Assembly (NCBI GenBank): GCA_041483195.1
Contig: JBGPFC010000010.1
Location: 39,448 to 103,447 of the forward strand
DNA: 64,000 nt
Reading direction: 5' to 3'
Source: Candidatus Eiseniibacteriota bacterium
GTDB taxonomy: Bacteria > Eisenbacteria > RBG-16-71-46
Shown here piece by piece: positions 47,973 through 60,643 of this stretch (position 1 is the stretch's first letter; every line of letters starts with the position of its first letter). Under the pieces are notes generated by a model that was not told the origin of the DNA, searched no databases, and saw only the letters and a program-made list of their open reading frames with translations. A program made the translations under genes and the position numbers.

Positions 47973-48599
47973 CTAGAGGTCGCCGCCCTCGTGACGCTCG
48001 CGGATCTTGCGCTCGATGCGAATCCGCTCGCCCCCATCGCCCCCCTCCCGCCGCTCGTGCAGCTTCTTCTGCTGCTCGGGGGTGAGCAGCGCTCGCACCT
48101 CGAGCATCGCGGCGATCCGCGACTTCTGGAGCCCCGCGCGCACCGTGGCCATCCGGTCGATCTGCGCGTCGATCGCCCGCTGATCGGGCTTGTCCGCGCG
48201 CATCAACTTCCCGAGGTCGAGCCTCGCGAGCCGGAGATCGGCCTCGGCCTGGATCGCCTTGCGCTGCTGGCGATCGTGCACATCCGCGATCTGGCCGCGC
48301 TGCGCCTCGGCGAGGTCGAGATCGCGGAGCGTCATCCGCATGCGCATCGCGCCCCCGCCCATCATGCCGCCGCGGCGGCCCATCATCGGCCCGCCGTGCA
48401 TGTCGCCGTGCATGTCCATGTGCGGCTGGCCGCCCGGCTGCATCCCGGCATCCGGCCCGTCTTCGTCGTCGAGCCCGGCCCACAACATGGGATCCCCGGC
48501 CGCGGGTGGGCCTTCGGGCTGCTGCGCCCGCGCCGCCTTCGCGGCCGGGAGCGCGATCAACAGGGCCGCCACGCACATCATCGCCATCGTTCGTCTCAT
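47973..48599 (-). CDS. Spy/CpxP family periplasmic chaperone
   Basis: Signal peptide; Met/Gly/His-rich region; LDLAEAQ and LLTPEQQ motifs. Confidence 0.85.
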   Translation of the reverse strand: MRRTMAMMCVAALLIALPAAKAARAQQPEGPPAAGDPMLWAGLDDEDGPDAGMQPGGQPHMDMHGDMHGGPMMGRRGGMMGGGAMRMRMTLRDLDLAEAQRGQIADVHDRQQRKAIQAEADLRLARLDLGKLMRADKPDQRAIDAQIDRMATVRAGLQKSRIAAMLEVRALLTPEQQKKLHERREGGDGGERIRIERKIRERHEGGDL

Positions 48600-48628
48600 C
48601 GCGTACACCTCGATGCGGGATCCGCCCG

Positions 48629-49033
48629 CTACGGTCGGTCCATGCGCCAGGGCTCGCGCGGGCCGGGGCCGCGTCGCTCACGCATGATCCGCTTGTCCAT
48701 GGTCTTCCATCGTTCGCGCTGCTCGGGCGTGAGCGTGCGCTCGACTCGTGCGCGAGTGCTGTCGCGCACCGTCTCGAAGTTCACGCGCGAGCTGTCCAGG
48801 ATCGCCTCGATCCGGGCACGCTGGTCCGGCGAGAGGTCGAGCCGGCTCTCGAGCGCGTGGAGAACCGGGCCGCGCGCGCCCCGTGGGCCGCGTTCAGCGT
48901 CGTGCCGCCCGAACGGCGAGTGGAACGATGGGTGGGTCGAGAGTGAGAACACGATGCCGCCCACCATCCCCGCCGAGAACCCGACGATGAACGAGGCCAC
49001 GATCGCGATGACGAGGCCGCGCGTGCCGTTCAT
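48629..49033 (-). CDS. Membrane-anchored LTxxQ-motif protein (heavy-metal sensor/Spy-like)
   Basis: N-terminal TM helix; LDLSPDQ and LTPEQ motifs. Confidence 0.75.
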   Translation of the reverse strand: MNGTRGLVIAIVASFIVGFSAGMVGGIVFSLSTHPSFHSPFGRHDAERGPRGARGPVLHALESRLDLSPDQRARIEAILDSSRVNFETVRDSTRARVERTLTPEQRERWKTMDKRIMRERRGPGPREPWRMDRP

Positions 49034-49064
49034 CGTCCGCTCCGCGACGCGCGCGCCGCCGCGC

Positions 49065-49439
49065 TCATCCGGCCCTCGAGCTGTCGCCGCGCTCCGCGGG
49101 AGCCGGCGACTCCGGAGCGACGGACGGCCCGGACTCGAGCCCGGTGCTGGAATCGATGCCGCGCTCGGCGAGGATGGTTTCGATCAGGGTGGCGCTCGTC
49201 GGGTCGTCCGAGTCGGGCGCGCTCGCCACCAGCAGCAGCGACAAACCGCACGCCGCGACCAGGGTCGCGAGCGCCATACCCAGCGCCGCGGGCCGCATGG
49301 CCCACGTGACGAGCCACGGCGCGCGCGCGCGCGCTTCGATCCTGGCGCGCGCCCGGGTCCACAGCGCCGGATCGGCGTCCGCGCGAATCGCGCGCAGCAG
49401 CTGGTTCAGTCGTCGGTCGCGTTCGGGTTCGTCGAGCAT
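49065..49439 (-). CDS. Putative single-TM anti-sigma factor
   Basis: Directly downstream of the ECF sigma; LWTRARARIE followed by a TM helix. Confidence 0.6.
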   Translation of the reverse strand: MLDEPERDRRLNQLLRAIRADADPALWTRARARIEARARAPWLVTWAMRPAALGMALATLVAACGLSLLLVASAPDSDDPTSATLIETILAERGIDSSTGLESGPSVAPESPAPAERGDSSRAG

Positions 49440-49446
49440 GATTCCC

Positions 49447-50013
49447 TCATCCGTCCAGCCATTGGCGCAGCTCGCGCTTCAGTGTCTCACGCGCGCGGAA
49501 CAGGCGCGATTTCACAGCCCCCACGCTGATGACCAGCGTCTCGGCGACTTCCTCCATCGACAGCCCCAGCCGGTCGCGCAGGATCACCGCCTCGCGCTGC
49601 TCTGCCGGCAGCGTCTCGATCGCGCGTTCCAGCGCCGCGATCGCCTTCGTCTGATCCATCGCCGCGTCCCAGGCCTCCACCGGTTCGTGCCGGAGCCCCG
49701 CGAACGCGAGCGGGTCCATGTCCTCCGGCCGGCCCCCGCGAAAGCGCCTGCGACGGAGCAGATCGCGGCAACGATTGCCCACGATCCGGAGGACCCAGGT
49801 CTTGAGCCCTCGCTCGCCTCGAAATCCGTCCGCCTTCTCGCGGATCTTGAGCAGCGATTCCTCGACCACGTCGTCGGCCTCGTCGCGATCGTGCAGCAGG
49901 CTGCGGGCGAGCGTCGTCATGGCGCCGCCCAGCTCGCGGTAGAGCTCGCCCAGCGCCTCGAGATCGCGCGCGCGCAGCCGCGCGATGAGTTCCGCTTCAT
50001 TCCATCGGCCCAG
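49447..50013 (-). CDS. ECF RNA polymerase sigma factor (start uncertain; CTG at 50013 proposed)
   Basis: EADDVVEE, LKTWVLRIVGNRCRD, LPAEQREAVILR and VGAVKSRLFRAR motifs; the frame stays open upstream of ATG 49920 through EAELIARLRARDLEALGELY. Confidence 0.88.
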   Translation of the reverse strand: MGRWNEAELIARLRARDLEALGELYRELGGAMTTLARSLLHDRDEADDVVEESLLKIREKADGFRGERGLKTWVLRIVGNRCRDLLRRRRFRGGRPEDMDPLAFAGLRHEPVEAWDAAMDQTKAIAALERAIETLPAEQREAVILRDRLGLSMEEVAETLVISVGAVKSRLFRARETLKRELRQWLDG

Positions 50014-50068
50014 GCCATTGCCTCCCGCGTGCAGTCAATGGACGATCCGCCCCTCTGGGAAGTTCCGC

Positions 50069-50097
50069 TTGACCCTCCCCTCCCCCGTCCCTAGATT
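50069..50097 (+). promoter_or_regulatory. sigma70-type promoter for the acpS-carboxylase-mutase operon
   Basis: TTGACC-N17-TAGATT. Confidence 0.6.
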
Positions 50098-50140
50098 GCC
50101 AACGCCATTACTTTCAGGATGTTATCTCCCGGAGGCGGAA

Positions 50141-50521
50141 GTGGCCATCCGCGGCATCGGCGTGGACGTCGTCAAAGTCGAACGGCTCTCCGCTTCGCTC
50201 GAGCGGTTCGGCGCGCGCATGGAGGCGCGGCTCTTCACCGAGAGCGAGCTCACGTATTGCCGCGGTCACAAGAACCCGCTCCCCCATCTCGCGGCGCGGT
50301 TCGCGGCGAAGGAGGCGGCCTCCAAGGCGCTCGGGACCGGGATGAGCGGCGGGGTCGGCTTCAAGCAGTTCGAGGTGGTGCAGCCCGGAGGCCGCCAGCC
50401 GACGCTGCGCTTTCACGGCGCGGCGCTCGAGCGCTACCAGGCGCTGGGCTGCACGGCCTCGCACGTCTCGCTCACTCACGACGGCGGGCTCGCGATCGCG
50501 TGCGTCGTGGTGGAGGCCTGA
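50141..50521 (+). CDS. acpS: Holo-ACP synthase
   Basis: GGAGG RBS and GTG start; GIGVDVV, ARFAAKEAASKALGTG and VSLTHD motifs. Confidence 0.95.
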   Translation: MAIRGIGVDVVKVERLSASLERFGARMEARLFTESELTYCRGHKNPLPHLAARFAAKEAASKALGTGMSGGVGFKQFEVVQPGGRQPTLRFHGAALERYQALGCTASHVSLTHDGGLAIACVVVEA

Positions 50522-50522
50522 C

Positions 50523-52036
<1,514 letters not shown>

Positions 52037-52040
<4 letters not shown>

Positions 52041-52548
52041 AGCTCTGGGTCATGCTCGAGGGCCGCGACGCCGAAGTCGAGTTTCACACCGAGGGCGAGC
52101 GACTCGTTGTGGAGATCGAGGGCCGCCGCCTGGACGCGGATTTCAGGCGACTGCCCGACGGCGAGGTCTACTCGCTGCTGGTGAACGGGCGCTCGCACGA
52201 AGTGCGCGTGAGCCCGGGGGGCGCGGCGCTCGACGTCACGGTGCGCGGCGCGACGATCCCGGTCGAGGTGCGGCACCCGCTCGAGAAGGTGCTGCAGGCG
52301 ACGCGCAGCCTGGCGGGCGCCGGGTTCGACGAGGTGGTCGCGGCCCCGATGCCCGGGATGATAGTGGCGATCAAGGTGAAGGCGGGCGACCTCGTCGCGC
52401 GCGGCCAGGCGGTGGCCGTGATCGAGGCGATGAAGATGCAGAACGAGCTGGTGGCCCGCCACGGCGGCATCGTGAGCGAGCTGCTGGTGCGCGAGCGCGA
52501 GGCGGTGCGCTCCGGGCAGGCGCTCATGCGGCTCAAGCCGGTGACCTC

Positions 52549-52552
<4 letters not shown>
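52037..52552 (+). CDS. Biotin carboxyl carrier protein
   Basis: APMPG and EAMKMQNE (biotinylation) motifs. Confidence 0.92.
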
Positions 52553-54170
<1,618 letters not shown>

Positions 54171-54174
<4 letters not shown>

Positions 54175-54596
54175 GCGGCGCCCGCGGCCCATCCCCCTCC
54201 CTCGCGCACGTCGCGATCGCGGCGGAAGACGCCGACGCGCTCGCCGCGGTGTTCGTCGCAGCGCTCGGGGCGACGCGCGGGGCCGAGGAGATCCTCGACG
54301 GAGGCGCCCTGCGCGTGGTCTTCGTCCAGCTCGGGGCCGTCACGTTCGAGCTGCTCGAGGCGCGCGACCCGGGGCACACCGTCGCGAAGTTCGTCGCGAA
54401 GCGCGGCGCCGGACTGCACCACGTGAGCCTCGAGGTCGCGGACATCGCGGCGACGCTCGCGCGCTGCCGCGCGGCGGGAGTCGAGCCGGTCGACTCGGCG
54501 CCGCGCGCTGGCGCGCACGGCAGCCGCGTGGCATTCCTCCACCCGAAGCGCCTGGGCGGGGTGCTGATCGAACTGAGCGAGCGACGGGCGCCGTGA
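54171..54596 (+). CDS. mce: Methylmalonyl-CoA epimerase (VOC family)
   Basis: [22 protein letters not shown] and FLHPK...GVLIEL motifs. Confidence 0.9.
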
Positions 54597-54649
54597 GCCG
54601 CGCCTGAATCACGCGCGACTCACCGGCGCCCGCCGCCCCTGACGCGCGG

Positions 54650-57148
54650 TTACCTCAGGAAGGCCACTCGCGCGGTGCGCACCTCGCTGCGGTCGCTCAT
54701 CCGCAGCGTCGCGCGCGCGAAGTAGATGCCACTCGGCACCGCAGCGCCCGCGCCTCTCAGATCGAACTGATACGTCCCCGCGGGCCGGCGCTCGTTCGCG
54801 AACGTCGCGACCTCGCGTCCCGCGACGTCGAAGGCCCGCACGGTTACGTCGGCGTCCTGCGGCAGGTCGAGCCCGAAGCCGCCGTTGCGGCTGTAGAAGC
54901 GGACGACGGCGGGCAGTCTCGAATCGTCGCCGAGCGGTAGCGGCCTCGGCTTCACCAGCGAAGGAACCGCCTTGAGCGTGAGATCCGCGATGCCGTAGAG
55001 CGGGGCCATCGGCGGCCCGGCGTTGGACTCCATCTGCGCGATCTGCCCGGTGAGCGAGGAGAACGCCATCACCTTGAAGTCCTGCCCGATCGTGGGAACG
55101 AACCCCGAGGTCGCCGACACCGCGACGGTGCCGCCGAGGGTCGCCTTGCCCGTGACGTTCAGGTGCCCGTACTGAGCGGCGGCGGGTCCTGCGATCCCGA
55201 AGCTGAGCCGCCCGGCCGAGAGCTGGCTGTAGTCGCCCTGGATGGTGATCCCTGGCGATGAGGCATCGAGGCTCACTTCACCCTTGTTCGTCAGGCTCCC
55301 CACCACGGTCCCGGTCCCGCTCAGCGCGCCCTGGAGCTGGATCCCGCGGGGGACCGTCAGGGTCCCTCCGTGCAGAAGCGTGACCCCGTCGGTCTGGACG
55401 TAGTCGCTCGAGGCGTCGGCGACGAACGATCCGCCCGACTCGATCATGTTGGTTCCGTGATTCGTGACGGTGGAGCCGACCACGTTCGTCGTCGCGCGGT
55501 TGAACGTCTTGAGCGTGGCGCCGGGTCCGATGGTGACGCCCTGCAGCTTCAGCGTTCCGAGGGTTCCGAAGATCCCGTTGTCGGAGGAGGTCAGCGTGCC
55601 GCCCATGACGGTGGAGCCGGGGGCCTTGCGGTCGAAGTAGATGCTGTAGAGGCCGGCGTTGATCTTGCCTGAATAGTTGTTGATGGTCGCGCCGCCCTGC
55701 ATCGTGATTCGGCCGCCGCCGCCCGAGATCGTGCCGCGGTTGACGATCATGTTCCCGTTCAGGAACAGGTTGCCGCCGAGGACCTCGATCTTGTTGTAGT
55801 TCGTGATCGTGCCGCCGGTCACGTTCATGGCGCAGCCCTGGCCATTCACGTCGATCACGCCCTGGTTGATGATGTTCGCGGTGATCGTGCCGCAGCCCGT
55901 GATGGTGTGGCCTGCCGAATTGGTCAGGATCGAGCCGCCCGGCGATCCGAGGTTGCCGCCGTCGAGCACCAGCGCGCCGTCACCCGTGAGCGCGATGTTG
56001 ATGTTGTCGACGAAATTGCCGTCGAAGTTCAGCGTCCCCACGACGCGAATCGTGCCGTGGTTCTCGATGGTGCTGCCGTTCACGCCGACGTCCATCAGGC
56101 CGCCCGGGCCGACGGCCAGCTCGGCGCCCGGCTGCACGACCAGGTACGAAGGCGTCGCGACCGAGACGATGGTCACCGCGCCGGCCGAGCCGGTCCGCTC
56201 GATGCTTCCGTTCGCGATGACGCCGCAGCCGATGTTGAGATCGCCGTCGTCGGCCACGAACGAGCCGCCGTTGAGGTTGTCGATCGAACCTCCGACGGCG
56301 TAGGGCAGCATGACCGTGAACGTGCCGTTGTGGCCCACGATCCTGCCGCCGAAGCTCTTGACCAGCGGACAGTCCACGTTGATCGAGGCGCCGTCGTTCA
56401 CGCGGATGGTCCCGTAGTTGTAGAGGTAGCAGTGAAGCGTGAGCAGGCCGCCCGTCAGGCCGTCCTGCCGCAGGGTTCCGTGGTTCTCGAGCGGCACCCA
56501 GAAATCGCCGGAGCCCGCGATCGTATGGCCGGCGTCGTTCTTGAGCCAGATGTTGTGCTGCGGCCTCGCCAGCGGACAGTTCACGCGAGCGTGCCCCGAC
56601 ATCACCACCCGGCCGGAGCCGGTGAACGTGGTGTACGCGGCCAGGTACAGGGCGTTCTGGAGGCTCGAGCCGATGTCGATGGTGCCATCGTTGGTCACCG
56701 AGCCGCTCACGACGATCGAATCGCTCGCACCCGCCTGGATCGTCCCGCCCGCCTGATTGTGGAGCTTGGCGCTGTTGTAGAGGCCCCGGAAGTTGAGGAT
56801 CGTCCCCGCGTTGTATACTTGCCCGACCGAGCCCAGCGAATGGCTTCCGAGATCGAGGCTGGATCCGGATCGGACGTCCAGCTCACCGATCGCGGGGTCG
56901 AGATCGACGCTCACCGAGTACGCGCCGCCGAGGTCGGGGAGCACGGCGACGTCGCCGCTGGTGTTGGGAACGCCGTTCGGAGTCCAGCTCGAGGCATCCG
57001 ACCAGCTCCCTCCGCCGGCGTTGTTCCACGTGAAGGTCGTCGCCCCGGCCGGAAGCGCCGCAAGCATGCAGAGCAGAAACCCGGCGGGGAACAGCACGGA
57101 CTGCGTACCCCGGCGACAGCTTCGGGGATGAGGATCGCACGGCGACAT
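54650..57148 (-). CDS. Large secreted Gly/Asn/Thr-rich beta-helical protein with C-terminal FlgD-Ig/T9SS-CTD-like domain
   Basis: Signal peptide; WNNAGGGSWSDASSWTPNGVP; repeated NxGTI units; C-terminal FDVAGREV...GIYFAR. Confidence 0.8.
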   Translation of the reverse strand: MSPCDPHPRSCRRGTQSVLFPAGFLLCMLAALPAGATTFTWNNAGGGSWSDASSWTPNGVPNTSGDVAVLPDLGGAYSVSVDLDPAIGELDVRSGSSLDLGSHSLGSVGQVYNAGTILNFRGLYNSAKLHNQAGGTIQAGASDSIVVSGSVTNDGTIDIGSSLQNALYLAAYTTFTGSGRVVMSGHARVNCPLARPQHNIWLKNDAGHTIAGSGDFWVPLENHGTLRQDGLTGGLLTLHCYLYNYGTIRVNDGASINVDCPLVKSFGGRIVGHNGTFTVMLPYAVGGSIDNLNGGSFVADDGDLNIGCGVIANGSIERTGSAGAVTIVSVATPSYLVVQPGAELAVGPGGLMDVGVNGSTIENHGTIRVVGTLNFDGNFVDNINIALTGDGALVLDGGNLGSPGGSILTNSAGHTITGCGTITANIINQGVIDVNGQGCAMNVTGGTITNYNKIEVLGGNLFLNGNMIVNRGTISGGGGRITMQGGATINNYSGKINAGLYSIYFDRKAPGSTVMGGTLTSSDNGIFGTLGTLKLQGVTIGPGATLKTFNRATTNVVGSTVTNHGTNMIESGGSFVADASSDYVQTDGVTLLHGGTLTVPRGIQLQGALSGTGTVVGSLTNKGEVSLDASSPGITIQGDYSQLSAGRLSFGIAGPAAAQYGHLNVTGKATLGGTVAVSATSGFVPTIGQDFKVMAFSSLTGQIAQMESNAGPPMAPLYGIADLTLKAVPSLVKPRPLPLGDDSRLPAVVRFYSRNGGFGLDLPQDADVTVRAFDVAGREVATFANERRPAGTYQFDLRGAGAAVPSGIYFARATLRMSDRSEVRTARVAFLR

Positions 57149-57578
57149 CGGGGAGTCCTCCTTGTTGGATCTGGCCTGAGACGGCCGTCCCTGCGCGGGG
57201 TCGGAGACGCGCCGCGCGGGGGGGCATGCGCACCAGTGACGCCACCGTGAGGGTCGGTAGGAAGGATGTCACGCGCCGCAAACAATAGCATCGGGCGGGG
57301 GCGGTTGGATGACAAATCTCGCGGTGGTCCCTCGAATCTTCTTCCCGGATTGCTTCCGTGATGTCCGCGGCGAGCTGCGCGACCGGATGCGTGGCGTGTT
57401 CGGCATGTCCTGCTCCCGCGCGGAGTGCTAGGCTTTTCAGCGTGAAGCATGGTCCCGCGCCGGGCCGACCCACCATCGGGCGCGGGCGGCAATAGGGGCG
57501 CCCGCTCGAAGCATCGCGGGGGCGCTTCGCGAACGCCGTCGCGGGCCATGGACCCACCGTCGCAATTGGAGGCTCGCC

Positions 57579-58340
57579 ATGAGGCCGTTCCTCATCGCTC
57601 GCTCACCGCAACGCTTGCGTGAATCGAACCGGGCCGCGGGTGCGATCGGGCATGCGCGGGCCGCGCTGGCCGCGATCGCGGGACTCGCCTTCGCCACCAC
57701 CGCGTACGCCGGCGCCGTGTGCGTGCCCGACGACTGCCTGCCGCCGCCGGACGGGGTGTACGCCGGCCAGTTTCACGCGCAGTTTCCGGTGCTCGGCATG
57801 AGCCTCGGCGATCCCGTCTACTCGGGATTCACGAACTGCGACCTGCCGCCACCGCCCATCCAGGGCGCGTCGACCACCCACACGTTTCAGTCCAGCGTGC
57901 TGGTGAACCTGAGCATCGGCAACGGCCAGCCGCAGCCCGTGCAGGCGCCGGCCGTCGTGACGGTGCGCACGACCTTCAACCGGCTGGACGGCGCGACTAG
58001 AATCTACGATACGGAGATGCTCGCGCTCGACATCAGCGGCGGCTCGCTCCCGCAGGGAGTCCGGATCCGTGAGAGCCCGGCGCTCGCTTCGTCGGGAACC
58101 ACCACGCTCCGCTCCGTGGGACCCGGAGGGGGTTGCATCGTCGCGAGCTTCTTCGACGTGCACGTGGAGATGAGCGCGGATGGCGGCCAGACCTGGGAGC
58201 CGGCAGAGGGGCCTCCCGGGCGCATGATGCTGGTCGCGCCGGCATGTCCGGTACCGGGCTTCGGAGGGCCGGGCCTGCTGGTGCTCGCGTCCCTGTTGAT
58301 CGCGGGCGCGAGCCTCACGATCACGCGTCGCCGCGCCTGA
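57579..58340 (+). CDS. Secreted protein with a C-terminal IPTL/PEP-CTERM-like sorting signal
   Basis: GGAGG RBS; signal peptide; YDTEMLALDISGG...IRESP...SFFDV...DGGQTW domain; tail VPGFGGPG + TM + RRRA. Confidence 0.75.
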   Translation: MRPFLIARSPQRLRESNRAAGAIGHARAALAAIAGLAFATTAYAGAVCVPDDCLPPPDGVYAGQFHAQFPVLGMSLGDPVYSGFTNCDLPPPPIQGASTTHTFQSSVLVNLSIGNGQPQPVQAPAVVTVRTTFNRLDGATRIYDTEMLALDISGGSLPQGVRIRESPALASSGTTTLRSVGPGGGCIVASFFDVHVEMSADGGQTWEPAEGPPGRMMLVAPACPVPGFGGPGLLVLASLLIAGASLTITRRRA

Positions 58341-58531
58341 GCGCGAAGCGCCGCGCCGGATCACCCACCCCGCAGCGGCATTCCCCGCACCGGGCGCGGC
58401 CCGATCGCGTTCGCGGGCGCGGCGGGCCGTGCGGGCGATGCGCGCCGCATGCCGCGCGCCCTCGCGATTGCAGTTCGCCCGGGCCGGGCGCGATCGGGCG
58501 CTGGCCCGATCCTCGCACGCTCTCGCGCGTG

Positions 58532-60199
58532 ATGACGCCTCGCTCGCTTCGCCTCCCCGCCGCGCTCGGCGCGGCGCTCGCCTCCGCGTGCCCCGCGGCG
58601 GCCGCCATCACGCTGCCGCCCGATTTCGTCGCGGAGAGCCTGCCGTTCGCCTTCGACGTGCCCACCAGGATCACGTTCATCCCCGGCGGACGTTTGCTGG
58701 TCGCCGAGAAGGGCGGCATCGTCTACGTCGTGGATGGCGCGGCGCGCCATCCGCTCTGGGTGCGTGAGGAGGAGGTGCTCAACACCGACGACCGCGGGCT
58801 GCTCTCGGTCGCGGCGGATCCCGACTACGTCCACAATCACTACCTCTACTTTCTCTACACGGTCGATCCCGACAGCGACGGCATCGAGCTGAACAACGCG
58901 GACGACGCGTTCGCCCGGCTCACGCGCTACCGGTTGAGCGCGACGGATTCCAACACCGTGGACTACTCCACGCGCACCATCCTGCTCGGCGCCACGTGGC
59001 GCGAGGGCTTCGCGTCGGGCTCCGGGACCCACACCATCGCCGACCTCGCGTGGGGCCGCGACGGCAGCCTGCTGGTCTCGGCCGGCGACGGCGCGCACTT
59101 CGAGGTGATGGATCCGGGCGGGCTCGACCCCGGCATGTTCACGGCGGGCCGCACGGATTCGAGCGAGGACGTCGGCGCGTTTCGCTCGCAGGATCTCACG
59201 AGCCTCGACGGCAAGGTGCTGCGCATCGACCCCGCGACCGGCTGGGGCTACCCGAGCAACCCCTACTTCGACGGCGACCCCGCCTCACATCGATCGCGGG
59301 TGTGGGCGTACGGCCTGCGCAATCCGTTCCGCATGACGCGCAAGCCCGGCACCGGCTCGCTCGATCCCGCGCTGGGCGATCCCGGGACCCTCTACCTGGG
59401 CGAGGTGGGCTGGCAGACCTGGGAAGAAGTCGACGTTGTGAACGCGCCGGGACTCGACTTCGGCTGGCCGTGCTACGAGGGCCTGCCGCAGCAGCCCGAC
59501 TACCAGGCCGCGACGCCGCTTCACTCCGGCTGCGGCACGATCGGCACGCTGGAGAACCCCGGGGCGCTGCGGCCGCCCACCGTCTCGATCCATCACTGGG
59601 ACGACACGCTGAGCACGCCGCCCGGCCACGTCGGCCTGGTCGTCGCGGGCGGCGTCTTCTACGAAGGCGCCGGGTATCCGCAGCAGTACCGCCGCCGCTA
59701 CTTCTTCGGCGACTACGGCGCGAGCTGGATCAAGATGCTCACCACCAACGCGCTCGACGAGTTCGTGTCGGTCGAGGACTTCGCGGGCAATGCGGGCGGC
59801 CCGGTCAGCTTCGCCGCCGATCCGGTGAGCGGCGACCTGTACTACGTCTCGATCTACACGGGCCAGGTGCGGCGCATCCGCTACACCGGAACCGTCAGCG
59901 CCGGGAGCGCGCCGCCGCGCGAGAGCATCGCGCTGTCGCCGGCGCGGCCCGATCCGAGCCGCGGGCCGATCGCGTTCGACGTCGACCTGCCGCGCGCCTC
60001 GCGGGTGGCGTTCGGCATCTTCGACGTCGCGGGGCGAGTGATCTGGCGCGCTCCCGCGCGCGAGCTCGGCGCGGGGCGCTCGCTGCTGCTCTGGCCCGGA
60101 ATCACGAGCGCCGGATCGAGCGCACGCCCGGGCGTCTATCTCGCGCGGGTCGATGCGGACGGACGGACGCTCACGCGGCGCTTCGTCGAGGCGCGATAG
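58532..60199 (+). CDS. PQQ-dependent sugar dehydrogenase (GSDH beta-propeller) with C-terminal FlgD-Ig/T9SS-CTD-like domain
   Basis: RGLLSVAADP, SAGDG, GKVLRID, WAYGLRNPFR, GEVGWQTWEEVD and FGWPCYEG motifs; tail FDVAGRV...GVYLAR. Confidence 0.88.
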   Translation: MTPRSLRLPAALGAALASACPAAAAITLPPDFVAESLPFAFDVPTRITFIPGGRLLVAEKGGIVYVVDGAARHPLWVREEEVLNTDDRGLLSVAADPDYVHNHYLYFLYTVDPDSDGIELNNADDAFARLTRYRLSATDSNTVDYSTRTILLGATWREGFASGSGTHTIADLAWGRDGSLLVSAGDGAHFEVMDPGGLDPGMFTAGRTDSSEDVGAFRSQDLTSLDGKVLRIDPATGWGYPSNPYFDGDPASHRSRVWAYGLRNPFRMTRKPGTGSLDPALGDPGTLYLGEVGWQTWEEVDVVNAPGLDFGWPCYEGLPQQPDYQAATPLHSGCGTIGTLENPGALRPPTVSIHHWDDTLSTPPGHVGLVVAGGVFYEGAGYPQQYRRRYFFGDYGASWIKMLTTNALDEFVSVEDFAGNAGGPVSFAADPVSGDLYYVSIYTGQVRRIRYTGTVSAGSAPPRESIALSPARPDPSRGPIAFDVDLPRASRVAFGIFDVAGRVIWRAPARELGAGRSLLLWPGITSAGSSARPGVYLARVDADGRTLTRRFVEAR

Positions 60200-60211
60200 G
60201 CGTAAACGCCA

Positions 60212-60239
60212 GGCGCCCCGGCCGGAGAGCCGGGGCGCC
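60212..60239. terminator. Perfect 11-bp hairpin between convergent genes
   Basis: ggcgccccggc-cggaga-gccggggcgcc. Confidence 0.55.
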
Positions 60240-60277
60240 GATGGCGAAGGCGTGGCGCGTGTCGACGCGGCGGGCGA

Positions 60278-60643
60278 TCAGGCCGCGCGCGCGTGTACCG
60301 GTGGCGCGACCGAGCGCGACGGGCCGCGGTACGTGGCGTCGCCCCATGCGAGCATGCACAGGGGGATCGGCAGAATCAGAAGCAGCGCGATGGCGTACCC
60401 GTTCCCCTTGTTGAACACGCGTGCGAGATCCCAGCACAGCACGACCGCGAGATACAGGTTGACGACCGGCACCAGCAGCAGCAACAGCCACCACCAGGGG
60501 CGGCCCGTGATGCGCAGCAGGACCAGCGCGCCCAGCACCGGAATCAGCGACTTCCATCCGGCCTCGCCGGCCTTGGAGTAAATCGTCCAAGTCGCCGCCA
60601 TCAACAGAGCGACGCAGCCCAGAACCACCCACATGAACCACAT
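60278..60643 (-). CDS. DUF5684-family membrane protein
   Basis: GGGGAGG RBS; WTIYSKAGEAGWKSLIP, GRPWWWLLL and LARVFNKG motifs. Confidence 0.85.
   Translation of the reverse strand: MWFMWVVLGCVALLMAATWTIYSKAGEAGWKSLIPVLGALVLLRITGRPWWWLLLLLVPVVNLYLAVVLCWDLARVFNKGNGYAIALLLILPIPLCMLAWGDATYRGPSRSVAPPVHARAA

Noticed and set aside
57448..57550. tRNA or tRNA-Sec gene (cloverleaf-like fold)
   Set aside because: No TTCRA T-loop, no canonical D-loop or anticodon arm, no CCA end
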